Shown: positions 12,794 to 23,394 of the stretch, piece by piece
Numbering within the stretch: position 1 is the first letter of the stretch
How the letters are laid out: each line of letters begins with the position of its first letter
Origin: Nemertoderma westbladi
Lineage: Eukaryota > Animalia > Xenacoelomorpha
NCBI GenBank assembly: GCA_032718475.1
Contig: JAUCBJ010001902.1
Coordinates: forward strand, 1 to 48,164
Reading direction: 5' to 3'
DNA length: 48,164 nucleotides
Position numbers and translations under genes: made by a program
Notes under the pieces: generated by a model
What the model was told of the DNA's origin: nothing
Seen by the model: only the letters and a program-made list of their open reading frames with translations
The model's database searches: none

Positions 12794-13121
12794 CAGTAAG
12801 GTTAATACCAGGAATCGACACCCTTATTGGCGGGCAGTAAGGTTAATACCAGGAATCGACACCCTTATTGGCGGGCAGTAAAGTTAATACCAGGAATCGA
12901 CACCCTTATTGGCGGGCAGTAAGGTTAATACCAGGAATCGACACCCTTATTGGCGGGCAGTAAGGTTAATACCAGGAATCGACACCCTTATTGGCGCGCA
13001 GTAAGGTTAATACCAGGAATCGACACCCTTATTGGCGGGCAGTAAGGTTAATACCAGGAATCGACACCCTTATTGGCGGGCAGTAAGGTTAATACCAGGA
13101 ATCGACACCCTTATTGGCGGG
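12794..13121. repeat. 8 tandem copies of a 41-bp unit overlapping the stop codon of the TTC31-like gene
   Basis: Unit CAGTAAGGTTAATACCAGGAATCGACACCCTTATTGGCGGG starts at 12794, 12835, 12876, 12917, 12958, 12999, 13040 and 13081; only two substitutions in the array. Confidence 0.98.
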
Positions 13122-15548
13122 TATGTGTTTGTAGAAACAACCCTTGCCGTAGCGACAACCCATAGCTCGCCAATAGAAACACTCGCTCCCATTCACGGGT
13201 CCCTTTTGTTTTTCCCTGGTAGACGATTTAGAGGAAACCTCGGGGGGTGTCGGCTTTGTTGAAGCCAATCTAGGGGGAGGGGGCTTAAAGGAGGCGTCCT
13301 TGGGGGGTGGCTTGGATATGACCTTGGTGGGAGGCGGTTTGTTCTCTTTCTGCGAGACGCGCTTGGCCGTGGCGGCGGCGGTGGGGTTGTTAACCGCGAC
13401 GGGAACCTTCGGAAACCGAACGAGTATCTCCCAACTCCCGTCCACGGGATACTCGTTGTACAGTTCGATGGCTCTCTGCGCCTCGGCGACGGTCTTAAAA
13501 TCAACGAAAATACAATATTTATCTGGGAAGTTCTTTACGTTAACGACTGAGCCGCAGGTTCGCATCAAAGCGACAACCTTATCGTAAACCTTACGAGTCA
13601 CGTTCCCAACCCAAACTGAGGAACAAACCCGCACACCTTTAGTATCCACCTTGGCTTTGGGAACCTTGGGTTTCGGAGGTTCCGCTTTATACGGAAGTTT
13701 ATTTCCCGGAGTACTGACTTTATTTCCTTGCTGGAGAGCTCTATTAAAGAAAGACTCGCCAAAAAACGGTCCGCAATCCTCATCATCGTCGCTCACGTAC
13801 ATCTCATCGAGGTCGACGACCTCCGCCGACTGCGACCGGGGATTCAGCAACGCCTGTTTGGCCGCCGGCAGCGTGCCGTGCAGCTGTAAGGCTTGCATCG
13901 CCTCCTCGTAGGACAAGCCGAGCCCGGTGACCAGCTGACTGATCTGCATGGCCCGGAGGTCGCCCCTGGCCTCGGAGCGGGGATCCAACCCGATGGCGAC
14001 TCGGTAGGCCACCTCGGCCTCCTCGAACCGCAACAACGCTTGCAGCGCCTTGGCGCGCCGGTAGTGGCCGGTGGCGCAGTCCCGGTCCAACTCCACACAC
14101 TTGTTGGCGTCGCTGAGCGCGTCGTCGTTTCGGTCTAGGAACCGGTACAGATACGAGCGATCCCCGTAGAACTGCACCTCGGCTGGATTCATCGCGATCG
14201 CTTCCGTTAATAAAACAACCGCTAAACTTATATCCGCCAACTCGGCTGCTTTGTTAGCCTCCTTGGCAATCTCGTAGGAATTCTTCACGATATCGTCTGG
14301 ACTGACAGACCGTCCGGGAACTGCGTTTGTCCGGATTCCGGGCAATTTCGGACTGCTAGAGAACGCTTTGTAGACGTTGGGATTGCTCTTCCCGCCTTGC
14401 GATTGGCTGATATTGACGCGTTCGCTGCTGTTTGTGGAACTACTGCGATTCTTTTGCTGTTTGGTGCCGCGAAACGTTTTGGCGTCGACCGGCGATTTAT
14501 TTTTATTTTTAGATAAACAGGATGACTTAAAGAATGCGCTGGACTCGTCGAGAAAGCTTTCGTCCGGTTCGTCCGAATTTTCGACGGATTCCGCGGCAAC
14601 TGGCTTCTTTTTCTTACTTTTTGTCTTTTTCTTCTTCTTTTTTACTGTGACGTCATCATTAATATCGTTCAATTTATTTGTCGCCGAATTTAATTTATTA
14701 GAGTTTGGCTTGTTATTATTAATTTTATTGTTTTGTTTTTTAGACTTATCATCATTAATTGGCACCGGGTCGCTATTATTTCTCCTCGCGTTATCTGATT
14801 TGCTACCATGACAACCGTCGACAATATCGTCTAGATCGTCGCTTTCTACGAGTTCGGGAATATCTCCGCTCTCCACGCTGTCTTCCACTTCCTCTTCAAG
14901 CACTGCACTCTCCCCCTCCTCACTGTCACTCACATCAACTGTCTCTCGACTCATTTTATCACCCATCTTCTGCTGTTTAGCTTTATCCCGGCGTTTCTTC
15001 CGCTTATGTTTTTTCTTCAGCTTTAACTTGGCCTGTTTCTCCTTCTCCAATCGTTCCTCCTCCAACAACTGCTCCTGACGCAACCGGATTATTTCCGTCT
15101 GCCGACGATATTCTTCCTTCCGTAGCCGTATCTTCTCCAACTCCTCGGGAGTGGGTTCCGGCTTCTCGTAACGACGTCGCTCGGGTTGGGGAGAGCCATG
15201 ATACCGGTGGTTGTATCTCCGTTGGTTCTCCTCCTCCTGCATCATCATGAATATGAAGTGCAGGAAGTCCATCGGGGGTCCGTCGTACATGTCGTCGGAG
15301 CAGTAGCTGTACTCGTCGCTGTCATCCGTCCAGTTACCGTCGTCCTCCAGGTGGCACATATCCTCCAGCACGTCGTTAGCGCTCGAGATGGCCTGGAAGG
15401 TGGCGGTGGCACTCGGATCCGCGTTGCGGTCAGGATGGTGCTCTTTAGCGAGTTGGTGGAACCTTTTCTTAATCTCCGCTTTGGTAGAATTCTGAGGAAG
15501 TTCAAGAACTCTCAAAGCTTGCTGACGTGACATTTTTTGTTTTGGCAT
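13089..15548 (-). CDS. TTC31: TTC31-like protein with N-terminal DnaJ domain: J-domain, basic coiled coil, TPR repeats, UBA-like, RRM, C3H1 zinc finger; single-exon ORF
   Basis: J-domain ALRVLEL...EIKKRFHQLAKEHHPDRN with HPD; EEERLEKEKQAKLKLKKKHKRKKRR and LDESSAFF segments resembling TTC31; TPRs LLTEAIAMNP...FYGDRS...ALSDANKCVELD...GHYRRAKAL; UBA-like QLVTGLGLSYEEAMQALQLHGT; RRM SVWVGNV...YCIFVDF; C-x7-C-x5-C-x3-H finger CFYWRAMGCRYGKGCFYKH. Orthology is from recalled architecture, not a search. Confidence 0.85.
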   Translation of the reverse strand: MPKQKMSRQQALRVLELPQNSTKAEIKKRFHQLAKEHHPDRNADPSATATFQAISSANDVLEDMCHLEDDGNWTDDSDEYSYCSDDMYDGPPMDFLHFIFMMMQEEENQRRYNHRYHGSPQPERRRYEKPEPTPEELEKIRLRKEEYRRQTEIIRLRQEQLLEEERLEKEKQAKLKLKKKHKRKKRRDKAKQQKMGDKMSRETVDVSDSEEGESAVLEEEVEDSVESGDIPELVESDDLDDIVDGCHGSKSDNARRNNSDPVPINDDKSKKQNNKINNNKPNSNKLNSATNKLNDINDDVTVKKKKKKTKSKKKKPVAAESVENSDEPDESFLDESSAFFKSSCLSKNKNKSPVDAKTFRGTKQQKNRSSSTNSSERVNISQSQGGKSNPNVYKAFSSSPKLPGIRTNAVPGRSVSPDDIVKNSYEIAKEANKAAELADISLAVVLLTEAIAMNPAEVQFYGDRSYLYRFLDRNDDALSDANKCVELDRDCATGHYRRAKALQALLRFEEAEVAYRVAIGLDPRSEARGDLRAMQISQLVTGLGLSYEEAMQALQLHGTLPAAKQALLNPRSQSAEVVDLDEMYVSDDDEDCGPFFGESFFNRALQQGNKVSTPGNKLPYKAEPPKPKVPKAKVDTKGVRVCSSVWVGNVTRKVYDKVVALMRTCGSVVNVKNFPDKYCIFVDFKTVAEAQRAIELYNEYPVDGSWEILVRFPKVPVAVNNPTAAATAKRVSQKENKPPPTKVISKPPPKDASFKPPPPRLASTKPTPPEVSSKSSTREKQKGPVNGSECFYWRAMGCRYGKGCFYKHIPANKGVDSWY

Positions 15549-18038
15549 CGTGAACTAATGAACTACACCAACTAAGCTTACCGGTCTGCCGGTAGTGCCT
15601 AGTATTATAAGAGTATAATTTATTTCTTCTGTTCTTCGCCCCCCGTAGACTGCACTTTCTTCTGTAGTGGATCAGAGTTACAGTTAAGACTTCAGATCAC
15701 TCAATTCAATTAGTGAATTAGTCAATAACCTAATACTGTAATAGGTACCATAATTAGAATACAGGCAGACAGGAATAATAGAATAAATACAGATATTCTT
15801 ACAATATTCTTAGTCTTATGTTCCATATTCTGGTAACGGTACATCCTAAATTCTGAAATTTCATGGGGAGAAAATGGAATAAAATTGACCCTAATCTAAT
15901 ATTTAAAAAATATAGGCTAGGCCATACAGCCATAGCCCATACTGCCATAGGCAGATAGGCAGCTACCGGTAGGCCTATATTTTAACACTTGCCTGCTTGC
16001 AGCTTGCAGGTCAGCACAGTCACAGCCACAGACGTACATTCCGGTACCGGTAAACAAAAGTTAAAGTAGGCCTAGTCAGTAGGGAACATACCCTTAAATA
16101 AGCTCCAAAAGTGGGTTCTTATTTAAGGAAAATGGCTCTTATTTTGGGGTTTTTGGGCCTTTTTTGGATATTTTTTCGATATAATACAGTAATATCTGAA
16201 TATACAATAACTTGTTTCAGGAAAAAATACCGCCTAATTTTATTTCACAATCTGACAATGTAAAAGTTGGGTCTTTCTTGAAGATAATGCAAAAAAACAG
16301 AAAACATTTCACCGTCCGGTTTTTTTTCTACTAGCATTTTAATATTGCATCAAAAATACGACCAGTTCCTAAATAAGGGGGATTTTTTAAATTTACCTTA
16401 TTTAAGATATCGAAATTGTACACATAAATACTAAAAGTCCCTAAATAAGAACTTTTGACCTGGGTTTCTTATTTAGGAATACAATTTTATTCCAAAATCT
16501 GCACACTCCTTAAATAAATTAAATATTCCTTATTCCTTCCTAGGTGTTACACCTGTACACTTCTTTCATAATACTTTGATTTATGTCAGTCTGTATATCA
16601 GTATATTGCTAATTGTTGGGTTAAGGATAAGGACAATGGTTGCACTGCACTCTATAAATCCTCTATAGAATAGGCCTATCGTATCATAATGAAGTTGCTA
16701 GCACTGGCAGACTGGCATTCTTACCTCATACAGTAGCATAGAATAGCCCATTGATATTCAAAAGAATAGGCTAGCCCATCTGAGCGCACATACATTGTCA
16801 CGAATTTCGATATGAGACATGACTCAAGTAACTGGGAACTGGGTATCGCCAAACAGTTTCGAAAAACTAACTTGTGTCCTGCATTTCCTCTTCTGCTACG
16901 CGTTACACCCCACTTAGATGAATTGTCCACAATGTTGTACTTGAAAGGCGTGAAAAAACCAATGTCAAGTCAATGTCATGTTAATAGGCACAAAGATGGT
17001 TCGGTCGGGCAGCTGATAGACGTTATGAAGGTTAAAGATGATGACTGGATTACGTTTTGGTTCAACTGGCTCAGGCAGCACTGGGACACGTTCGTGTTCG
17101 TGGGACCTTTGCGCAGGTTGAAGTGAGCAAAGCCTTAGCTAGCCCTAGCTGATAGGGGGAGGGGCCCCATTTGCCATTAACGTGTTGTCTTTCGTTAGTC
17201 AGAGGTCGTTCAACACAATACTCGTCTCCTTAATTTGCCTTATTGCGTTGGCGTTCGTTTGTTTTTTACCAAACTTCAGATTATTTATAATCTTTTGACA
17301 GACTACATACATACCAAGTTTCGTTTAATTTCATCAAGGAATGACCGAGTTATTAGCGATAAAAAAAATTACGACGACGACAGACAACTCGTTAATGGCA
17401 CCCATACAGTCAGGGAAAACATCCCGGGGATATGTCAAATTTAGGCTTAATTTCTCAACCTATCCGAGTGAGGATAGATGACATATCCCCACCAGGATAG
17501 ATGGCACATTTTCCATTTTTCCGGCTTGCGCAAAAATTGGTTGGATGGCTATGTATTTCTTCGGTATTACAATGATCAATAGGTTACAAAAATTGTAAAA
17601 TTTCACGCCCTTGTCATTGGCAAGATTTATAAGAAGATTATAGGGGTTTTAAATTCACATTGATTTCTATCCTGCTGGCGCTGGGGATATTATCAACATA
17701 TCCCCAGCGGGATATGTTTCACGATAAAGTTGATTCATGTTTATTTATATCCTGGCAGCCTGGTGGGGATATTTTGGACATCTCCAGTCTTAGGATATGT
17801 TTTAGAATAATGTACCAGTCTGCCAGTCAGCCAGTAGCTTGTTTTAAGTAAGTTTTGTGGCATATTTTTTGGCGCTTTACAAATATATTTATTATTATTA
17901 TTATTATTATCATATCCCCAGAAGGATTGCCTCTAACAGTCTAAGCATCTTTTAACAAGATCGAACATACCATTACCATTTTATTATTTTTATTCATTTT
18001 TATTTTTAAATTTAAATACTTATTAAATATATATAATC

Positions 18039-18947
18039 ATGGAGCCAGATGCGGATCGATTTTTACAACTACAAAGCAAAATTCTAGCCATTACAAAATC
18101 TATAAAAAGTAAGAGGAGTACCACTAATGAAGAAGAAAACACCATAACGGAGACCTTACACGAAATGTCCGCCCTATATACTTCAACGCTTGGACGGTTA
18201 GCCGACTCAAGGAGAGATGTTATCGAGGCGAAGAATGAGATTATAAAATCCAAAACGGCGCAACTGGAGTACTCCAAATCACACAGATCAAACACCATGC
18301 AAAATATGCCGCATTCCAACACAAACAGTATCCCTGTAACAAACACAACCAGTACAAGACTCGTCGATCCTAATAACTCATTTGCAACAGCCACCACCAC
18401 CGGTACAATGAACATTCACCCCACAAGAGCGCCTCGCTTCCAACAAACATCCAGAGATTTCCATGCAGCGACATCGAATGTTAACAACGATGAATCCACA
18501 TCAGGTTGGCAGCAAGTTAATTCCAGACGACCGCACGATCAGGCTCTCAGTCGCAGGGGTACAAGGTCAGGTGGGTCGCTTCGAGTGGCGAGTTCGGTCG
18601 ACCGTCGTTCCACCAGGAAAGCGCATATACACATTGGATGTCTAGATCCCTCCGTTACCCCCACCGAGATAAAGGATTTCCTAACCGCCGAGAAAATCGA
18701 ATTCCAGGAAGTTAACAAAGTAAACCCTCACCCAGACGCGAGTCACGCCAGTTTTCACATTGTGTGTACCCAGGACGACCGCGATTCTATCATGGACCCC
18801 TCACTCTGGGACGTAGGGATAACGATAAAAAACTATAGACTCACAGATTCCGAACGCGCTCGCTACGGGGCGAGACCACGGCCACGATACACCCCAACCA
18901 ATCCCAATCCATCTGGGACGGATACCGGTTCTCCGTCGGGGGACTAA
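18039..18947 (+). CDS. LINE ORF1 protein (coiled-coil-like N-terminus, RRM-like C-terminal domain)
   Basis: 302-aa ORF directly upstream of ORF2; IHIGCLDPSVTPTEIKDFL...ASFHIV...IMDPSLWDVGITIKNY resembles RRM-type LINE ORF1 domains. Confidence 0.8.
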   Translation: MEPDADRFLQLQSKILAITKSIKSKRSTTNEEENTITETLHEMSALYTSTLGRLADSRRDVIEAKNEIIKSKTAQLEYSKSHRSNTMQNMPHSNTNSIPVTNTTSTRLVDPNNSFATATTTGTMNIHPTRAPRFQQTSRDFHAATSNVNNDESTSGWQQVNSRRPHDQALSRRGTRSGGSLRVASSVDRRSTRKAHIHIGCLDPSVTPTEIKDFLTAEKIEFQEVNKVNPHPDASHASFHIVCTQDDRDSIMDPSLWDVGITIKNYRLTDSERARYGARPRPRYTPTNPNPSGTDTGSPSGD

Positions 18948-18991
18948 TAAGTGACTCGCACATACCGCCAGGCACCATATATAATTACCCC

Positions 18992-21900
18992 TTGATAACC
19001 GGTTCTAGAACAGACTCATATTTAGCCGACTCATCCACATTGGTGCGAGGCTCAGAGACAGCATCTACAGCGCACAGTAATCTGTCCGATCTTGCGGATG
19101 CAGCTGATGTTACTACTGGGTCGGTTGGAAATGCCTCTATGACAGACTCCATGCCAGTTCCCGCTGCACCAGCCGGACCAGGCCATAATGATATAAGCGC
19201 AACTCTTTGGAACGTGGAAGGCCTAAGATCTGTGTTGAACCTAACCCACAGGGACTCAGTATTCGATAGTGACATCTTGTTGTTTACAGAAACTATGGTA
19301 ACCGATTTCGTTGACATACCTGGGTACTGCACGTTTCATTCTCTTGCCAAGCGCCCCCAGCGCAAGGGACGACCATCAGGTGGAGTATGTATCGCCATAA
19401 AGCCAAGGTTAAATCCAAAGCAATTGGCTTCTAGTGATTCTCATATAGTCGTTAGTTTTGATCATGGGATATCAGCTTGTGGATACTTTCCGCCTCATAT
19501 GAATCTAGAAGATTTCATAGAGAGCGTTCTATGCATGTTAGATGATGTAAAAACCGCAAGCCATTCGTTCATTATCTTCGGAGGTGATTTTAACGCACGT
19601 GCTGATCTGAGCGACCAACCGAAAACTGATGCACTGGAATTGATGATGGAGGAAAATAATCTAGCTCTACAAAACGACCCTTCAATTCACACTTATATTT
19701 GCCACAATGGCGCCAGTACGATAGATCTTCTTTATTCTAACTCCCAAGACAATTGTGTCGAATATATCAGTTGTCCGCTCCGGAAACACATACCTGTGAA
19801 AGTTACATGGAATTTCATAAAGACCGGGTTGAACGATGAAGAAGAATTGATCTTCACGCCTCGAAAACGAACGGTAGATATCGATAAGGTCTCAAACGAT
19901 GAACGAATCACGGAAATTTATAATTTATTGGATGAGTCCGAAATTGACGAGGCTTATTCTATTCTAACTGATGTCATCCACGATGCTGCTCCTGTTAGTC
20001 ACAAACGGACCCGTTTCTCTAAACAATGGTTTGACGAGGAATGCTTTAAAAAACGTCAGGAAGTACTAACCTCTCTTCACAGAGCGAGGTTCGACCATCG
20101 GCATCGTCCCATTCTTGGTAAACTACGACAGGAATACAAAGAACTGTTAGAATTTAAGCTAAAAACTCACAATGAGGCCCAGGAGCAAAAACTAATTATT
20201 GAAGCCGAATCTCAACCATATAAATGGTCTAAAAAGAACAGTCATCAGGAGTCTTGCCCTGTTCGTCTAGAGACATTCGAAAACCACTTCAGCCAACTAC
20301 TAGGATCAACCGACACGGAGGAGGTGTCGTTTGTACGAAACCTGTGGTCTGACACCAGCCATTTGGATCCCCCTCGTACTGAGAATTGCCTGCCTGATGA
20401 TGATTATGAGCGAAGCTTCTCTGAGGAAGAGATTAGAAACGAGATCTTTTCAAAGAAGCCTGGTAAATCTGGAGGCCCCGACTGGCTTCCCTATGAGGTG
20501 CTAAAGGCTGCACTCCCCGCCACGTTAACAATATGGACATTGCTGCTGAATATTTGTTGGAACACGGGCCGTCTAGTTAGCGCCTGGAAGAATAGCCTTA
20601 TGAAAGTGTTGTACAAGGGGAAGGGCTGCCGTTCAGACGCCGATAACTACAGAGGTATCTCTTTACTATGTACCATGTATAAAATTTTAACCCGTCTCGT
20701 GGAGAGGAGACTGCGAAATCTACTGTCTTTTCTGATTCCTTCCGAGCAATTCGGATTTATGCCCGGGAAATCAACCAAAATCCCTTTAGCAAAATTTATT
20801 TCTAGAATAAGATCGAATTTATCAACCCCAAAGAAGCCACTTTATGCTCTTTTCGTCGATTTTCGAAAAGCTTTCGATTCTGTGCCCCGATCTATCCTAT
20901 TGTCTAAATTAGAATCGTCATTCGGTATCCGCGGAAAACTTCTTAGAATTATAAAAGCAATACTGGGTGCAAATTACATTCGGGTTTACGATGGTCTAAG
21001 GAAAAGCCGGACGATAGAACAGCTTAAAGGAGTTCTTCAGGGAGATTCCCTCAGCCCATTCCTATTTCTATTATTTATACTGGATTTAGTCGACTTCATA
21101 AAAAACGCAACTCTTCTAATTGGCGAAATTGTCATAATGCTATTTGCCGACGACCTGCTGATATATTCAGATTCGAAAATGGCTATCCAAGCTACTCTTG
21201 ATGCTCTAAATGAATGGTGTTACAAAAACTGTTTAGAAATAAATGTGAAGAAAACACAAATAATGAAATTCCGCCGAGGCGGAAAATTATGTGCCAATGA
21301 CTCTTTTACTTTCAGAGGAAAGCCAATTAATATCACAAATTCATATAAATACCTAGGAGTTATATTTCAACCGTCGCTGGTTTTCACCAAACATGTAACT
21401 GAAATTGTTTGCAAATCCTTAATGGCTAGTCATAGTATCAAGTCCCCTCAGCTCTTGTCCCTTCGTACAGCTGTTGCTCTTTTCCAATTGAAGATCTATC
21501 CTATCATAACATACGGTTTCGTAGAACTTTGGCCATTGCTGTCAACTACCAACCTTCATTCCCTTGACAAGATTAAGTCAACCTACCTCAAAAGGGTTGC
21601 TTGCCTGCATAAAACGGCTAAGAACCGACTTACGCTCGCCTTATGCCAAGAAAAGCCGCTTATTGTTCAAATTTTCACGTCTTTAGAATTACCGGAATCA
21701 GATGCGTATCGCAAATATTTACAAGATATTGATTTAAAGTGCGCTGAGATACACACTGAATTTTGGAGTTCTCCTGCATTGACAAACCGAACTTGGACAG
21801 ATTCAAATAAACGAAATCGCCACGTATTAACGCGCTTCTCTGTCCATGGCTTTCACTTTGCGATCTGTTCCAGAAAAGATTTCCACGAACCTGATGAAAA

Positions 21901-21994
21901 TTGCAGTTGCCAGCTTTGCGGGGATACAGCCGATATATATCACCTTACTAGTTGCCGAAATAACAATAAATCTCTTCACGATTGGGCCAAATAA
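18992..21994 (+). CDS. LINE ORF2: apurinic-like endonuclease, reverse transcriptase, C-terminal Cys/His knuckle
   Basis: WNVEG, ETM, YFPP, GDFN, TY..TID (APE); NYRGISLL, QFGF, VDFRKAFDSV, GVLQGDSLSP, LFADD, YKYLG (RT); CQLC...HLTSC. Uninterrupted; first in-frame ATG is at 19139. Confidence 0.96.
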   Translation: MITGSRTDSYLADSSTLVRGSETASTAHSNLSDLADAADVTTGSVGNASMTDSMPVPAAPAGPGHNDISATLWNVEGLRSVLNLTHRDSVFDSDILLFTETMVTDFVDIPGYCTFHSLAKRPQRKGRPSGGVCIAIKPRLNPKQLASSDSHIVVSFDHGISACGYFPPHMNLEDFIESVLCMLDDVKTASHSFIIFGGDFNARADLSDQPKTDALELMMEENNLALQNDPSIHTYICHNGASTIDLLYSNSQDNCVEYISCPLRKHIPVKVTWNFIKTGLNDEEELIFTPRKRTVDIDKVSNDERITEIYNLLDESEIDEAYSILTDVIHDAAPVSHKRTRFSKQWFDEECFKKRQEVLTSLHRARFDHRHRPILGKLRQEYKELLEFKLKTHNEAQEQKLIIEAESQPYKWSKKNSHQESCPVRLETFENHFSQLLGSTDTEEVSFVRNLWSDTSHLDPPRTENCLPDDDYERSFSEEEIRNEIFSKKPGKSGGPDWLPYEVLKAALPATLTIWTLLLNICWNTGRLVSAWKNSLMKVLYKGKGCRSDADNYRGISLLCTMYKILTRLVERRLRNLLSFLIPSEQFGFMPGKSTKIPLAKFISRIRSNLSTPKKPLYALFVDFRKAFDSVPRSILLSKLESSFGIRGKLLRIIKAILGANYIRVYDGLRKSRTIEQLKGVLQGDSLSPFLFLLFILDLVDFIKNATLLIGEIVIMLFADDLLIYSDSKMAIQATLDALNEWCYKNCLEINVKKTQIMKFRRGGKLCANDSFTFRGKPINITNSYKYLGVIFQPSLVFTKHVTEIVCKSLMASHSIKSPQLLSLRTAVALFQLKIYPIITYGFVELWPLLSTTNLHSLDKIKSTYLKRVACLHKTAKNRLTLALCQEKPLIVQIFTSLELPESDAYRKYLQDIDLKCAEIHTEFWSSPALTNRTWTDSNKRNRHVLTRFSVHGFHFAICSRKDFHEPDENCSCQLCGDTADIYHLTSCRNNNKSLHDWAK

Positions 21995-23394
21995 ATATTT
22001 TAAGCGCTCTCAGTATTTTATAATATTTCATTATAAAATCTAGGTATAAGTATCTCTACCTTTAGTATATTTTTAACAATTAATCGTGCTTTAATTTATA
22101 TGATCGTTATTTACTTATTTTACTGGTGCCATAATGTTGGCTTAATAAATAATATATATATTATTTTTATTCAACTGGAGTATTATAACGCTTATACTGT
22201 ATATTATATTATATTCAATTATGTTCTTAGTTCTATAGTTTCTGTATCAATTACGTTCTATATTCATTTTATTTCAACTGCGAATCAAACATTGTTGTAA
22301 ATATTTAATATTCTGATATTTAACACTAAAATTGCGTATATTATATTATGTACTAAATGGCGTATAGGCCTATTAGGCTATTACTGTATTATGTTTATGT
22401 ACTAAATTGCCTATATTGTGTTAAACAGTTTAACAATTGCACTATGATTGTCGTACTGTACTGTAGTTGTACAAGCCATATACCTAACTGTAGTCCGCTA
22501 ATAAACAAGTTCAAGTTTAAGCTTACACGTACTGACGTACCGTACACGTAGATGTTAGTTGGTAGCCTTAATGCTGTAATGCCTTCTGTGCGAAAGTAAT
22601 ATAACAACCGGTATAATAGGTAGTCTGCTTCGGTACCTGGCTGACAGAAGGGTAGACCTGTAGCTGTAGTCTGGTAGTCCCTCAACAACTCAGTCTGTAC
22701 AGTACACTGATACCGGTATATCTGTCTACAGTAGAGTTGTACAGTATATACAGTAAACATACTAAACTTCAGACAAATTGAACTGGTCGCATTTTTGATG
22801 CAATTTGGGATTATCCTGTTTGGGCATTGGGGGCCTCCAAACAGCCAAAACCGGGCAGGTTAGTAAAGGAGCACGTTACAGACTGACAGAGGCGAGTTGA
22901 AAGGAACCAAAACAATAAACGTGAGGAATGTTGTAGAATAGAAAACCAAATTTAAAACCAAATTTCAGAATTTAATTGAGAATCAACAGTCAGATGTATG
23001 TATAGACCTACCGGAACTCTGAATAGACTGGCTGACTGGCTGACTGGAGGCCCCCAAACCAGCAAACAGGATAGAGCCCAGCCTATCTATAGGCAGATAG
23101 GGCAGGGCCTATATACCAGTAACGCAGCAATACAGTTGACAGTACAGCCTGACAGCAGTAATATAGGCCTATCAGTATATTCCATGGAATTTAGCAGTTT
23201 CCAGTTTGCAGTTACAGAGTTAAGGCTGTAGGGTATAACTGTATAATGTGGCAGTGTGGTAAATGAGATAATGACATCATTCAGTCATTGACATGATTAC
23301 GTAAGGGAAATAGAAAGGCATTGGCATGACTACAGTCAGACAGTGCTATTTAATATACAGCTACTACCCTACCATTATAAAATTACACACTAAT

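Larger units (their letters stand above)
17997..22158 (+). mobile_element. Near full-length two-ORF non-LTR retrotransposon (APE-RT type; clade not determined)
   Basis: ORF1 plus ORF2; AATAAA at 22144 followed by a TA-rich tail; identical 15-bp direct repeat TATTATTTTTATTCA at 17982-17996 and 22159-22173 read as the TSD (low-complexity, so boundaries are less certain than the element). Confidence 0.88.

Noticed and set aside
12794-13121. CRISPR-like appearance of the 41-bp array
   Set aside because: Units are contiguous with no unique spacers, no cas genes are present, and the unit derives from the gene's own 3' end.
13032-15530. Overlapping and antisense ORFs within the TTC31-like gene (also within Twinkle, the LINE and the P transposase)
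   Set aside because: No recognisable domains; expected shadows of GC-richer coding sequence.
18827-18838. A AAA AAC slippery heptamer in LINE ORF1 as a -1 frameshift into ORF2
   Set aside because: After a -1 shift the frame reads CTA then TAG (18836-18838), stopping before the ORF2 frame opens at 18839.
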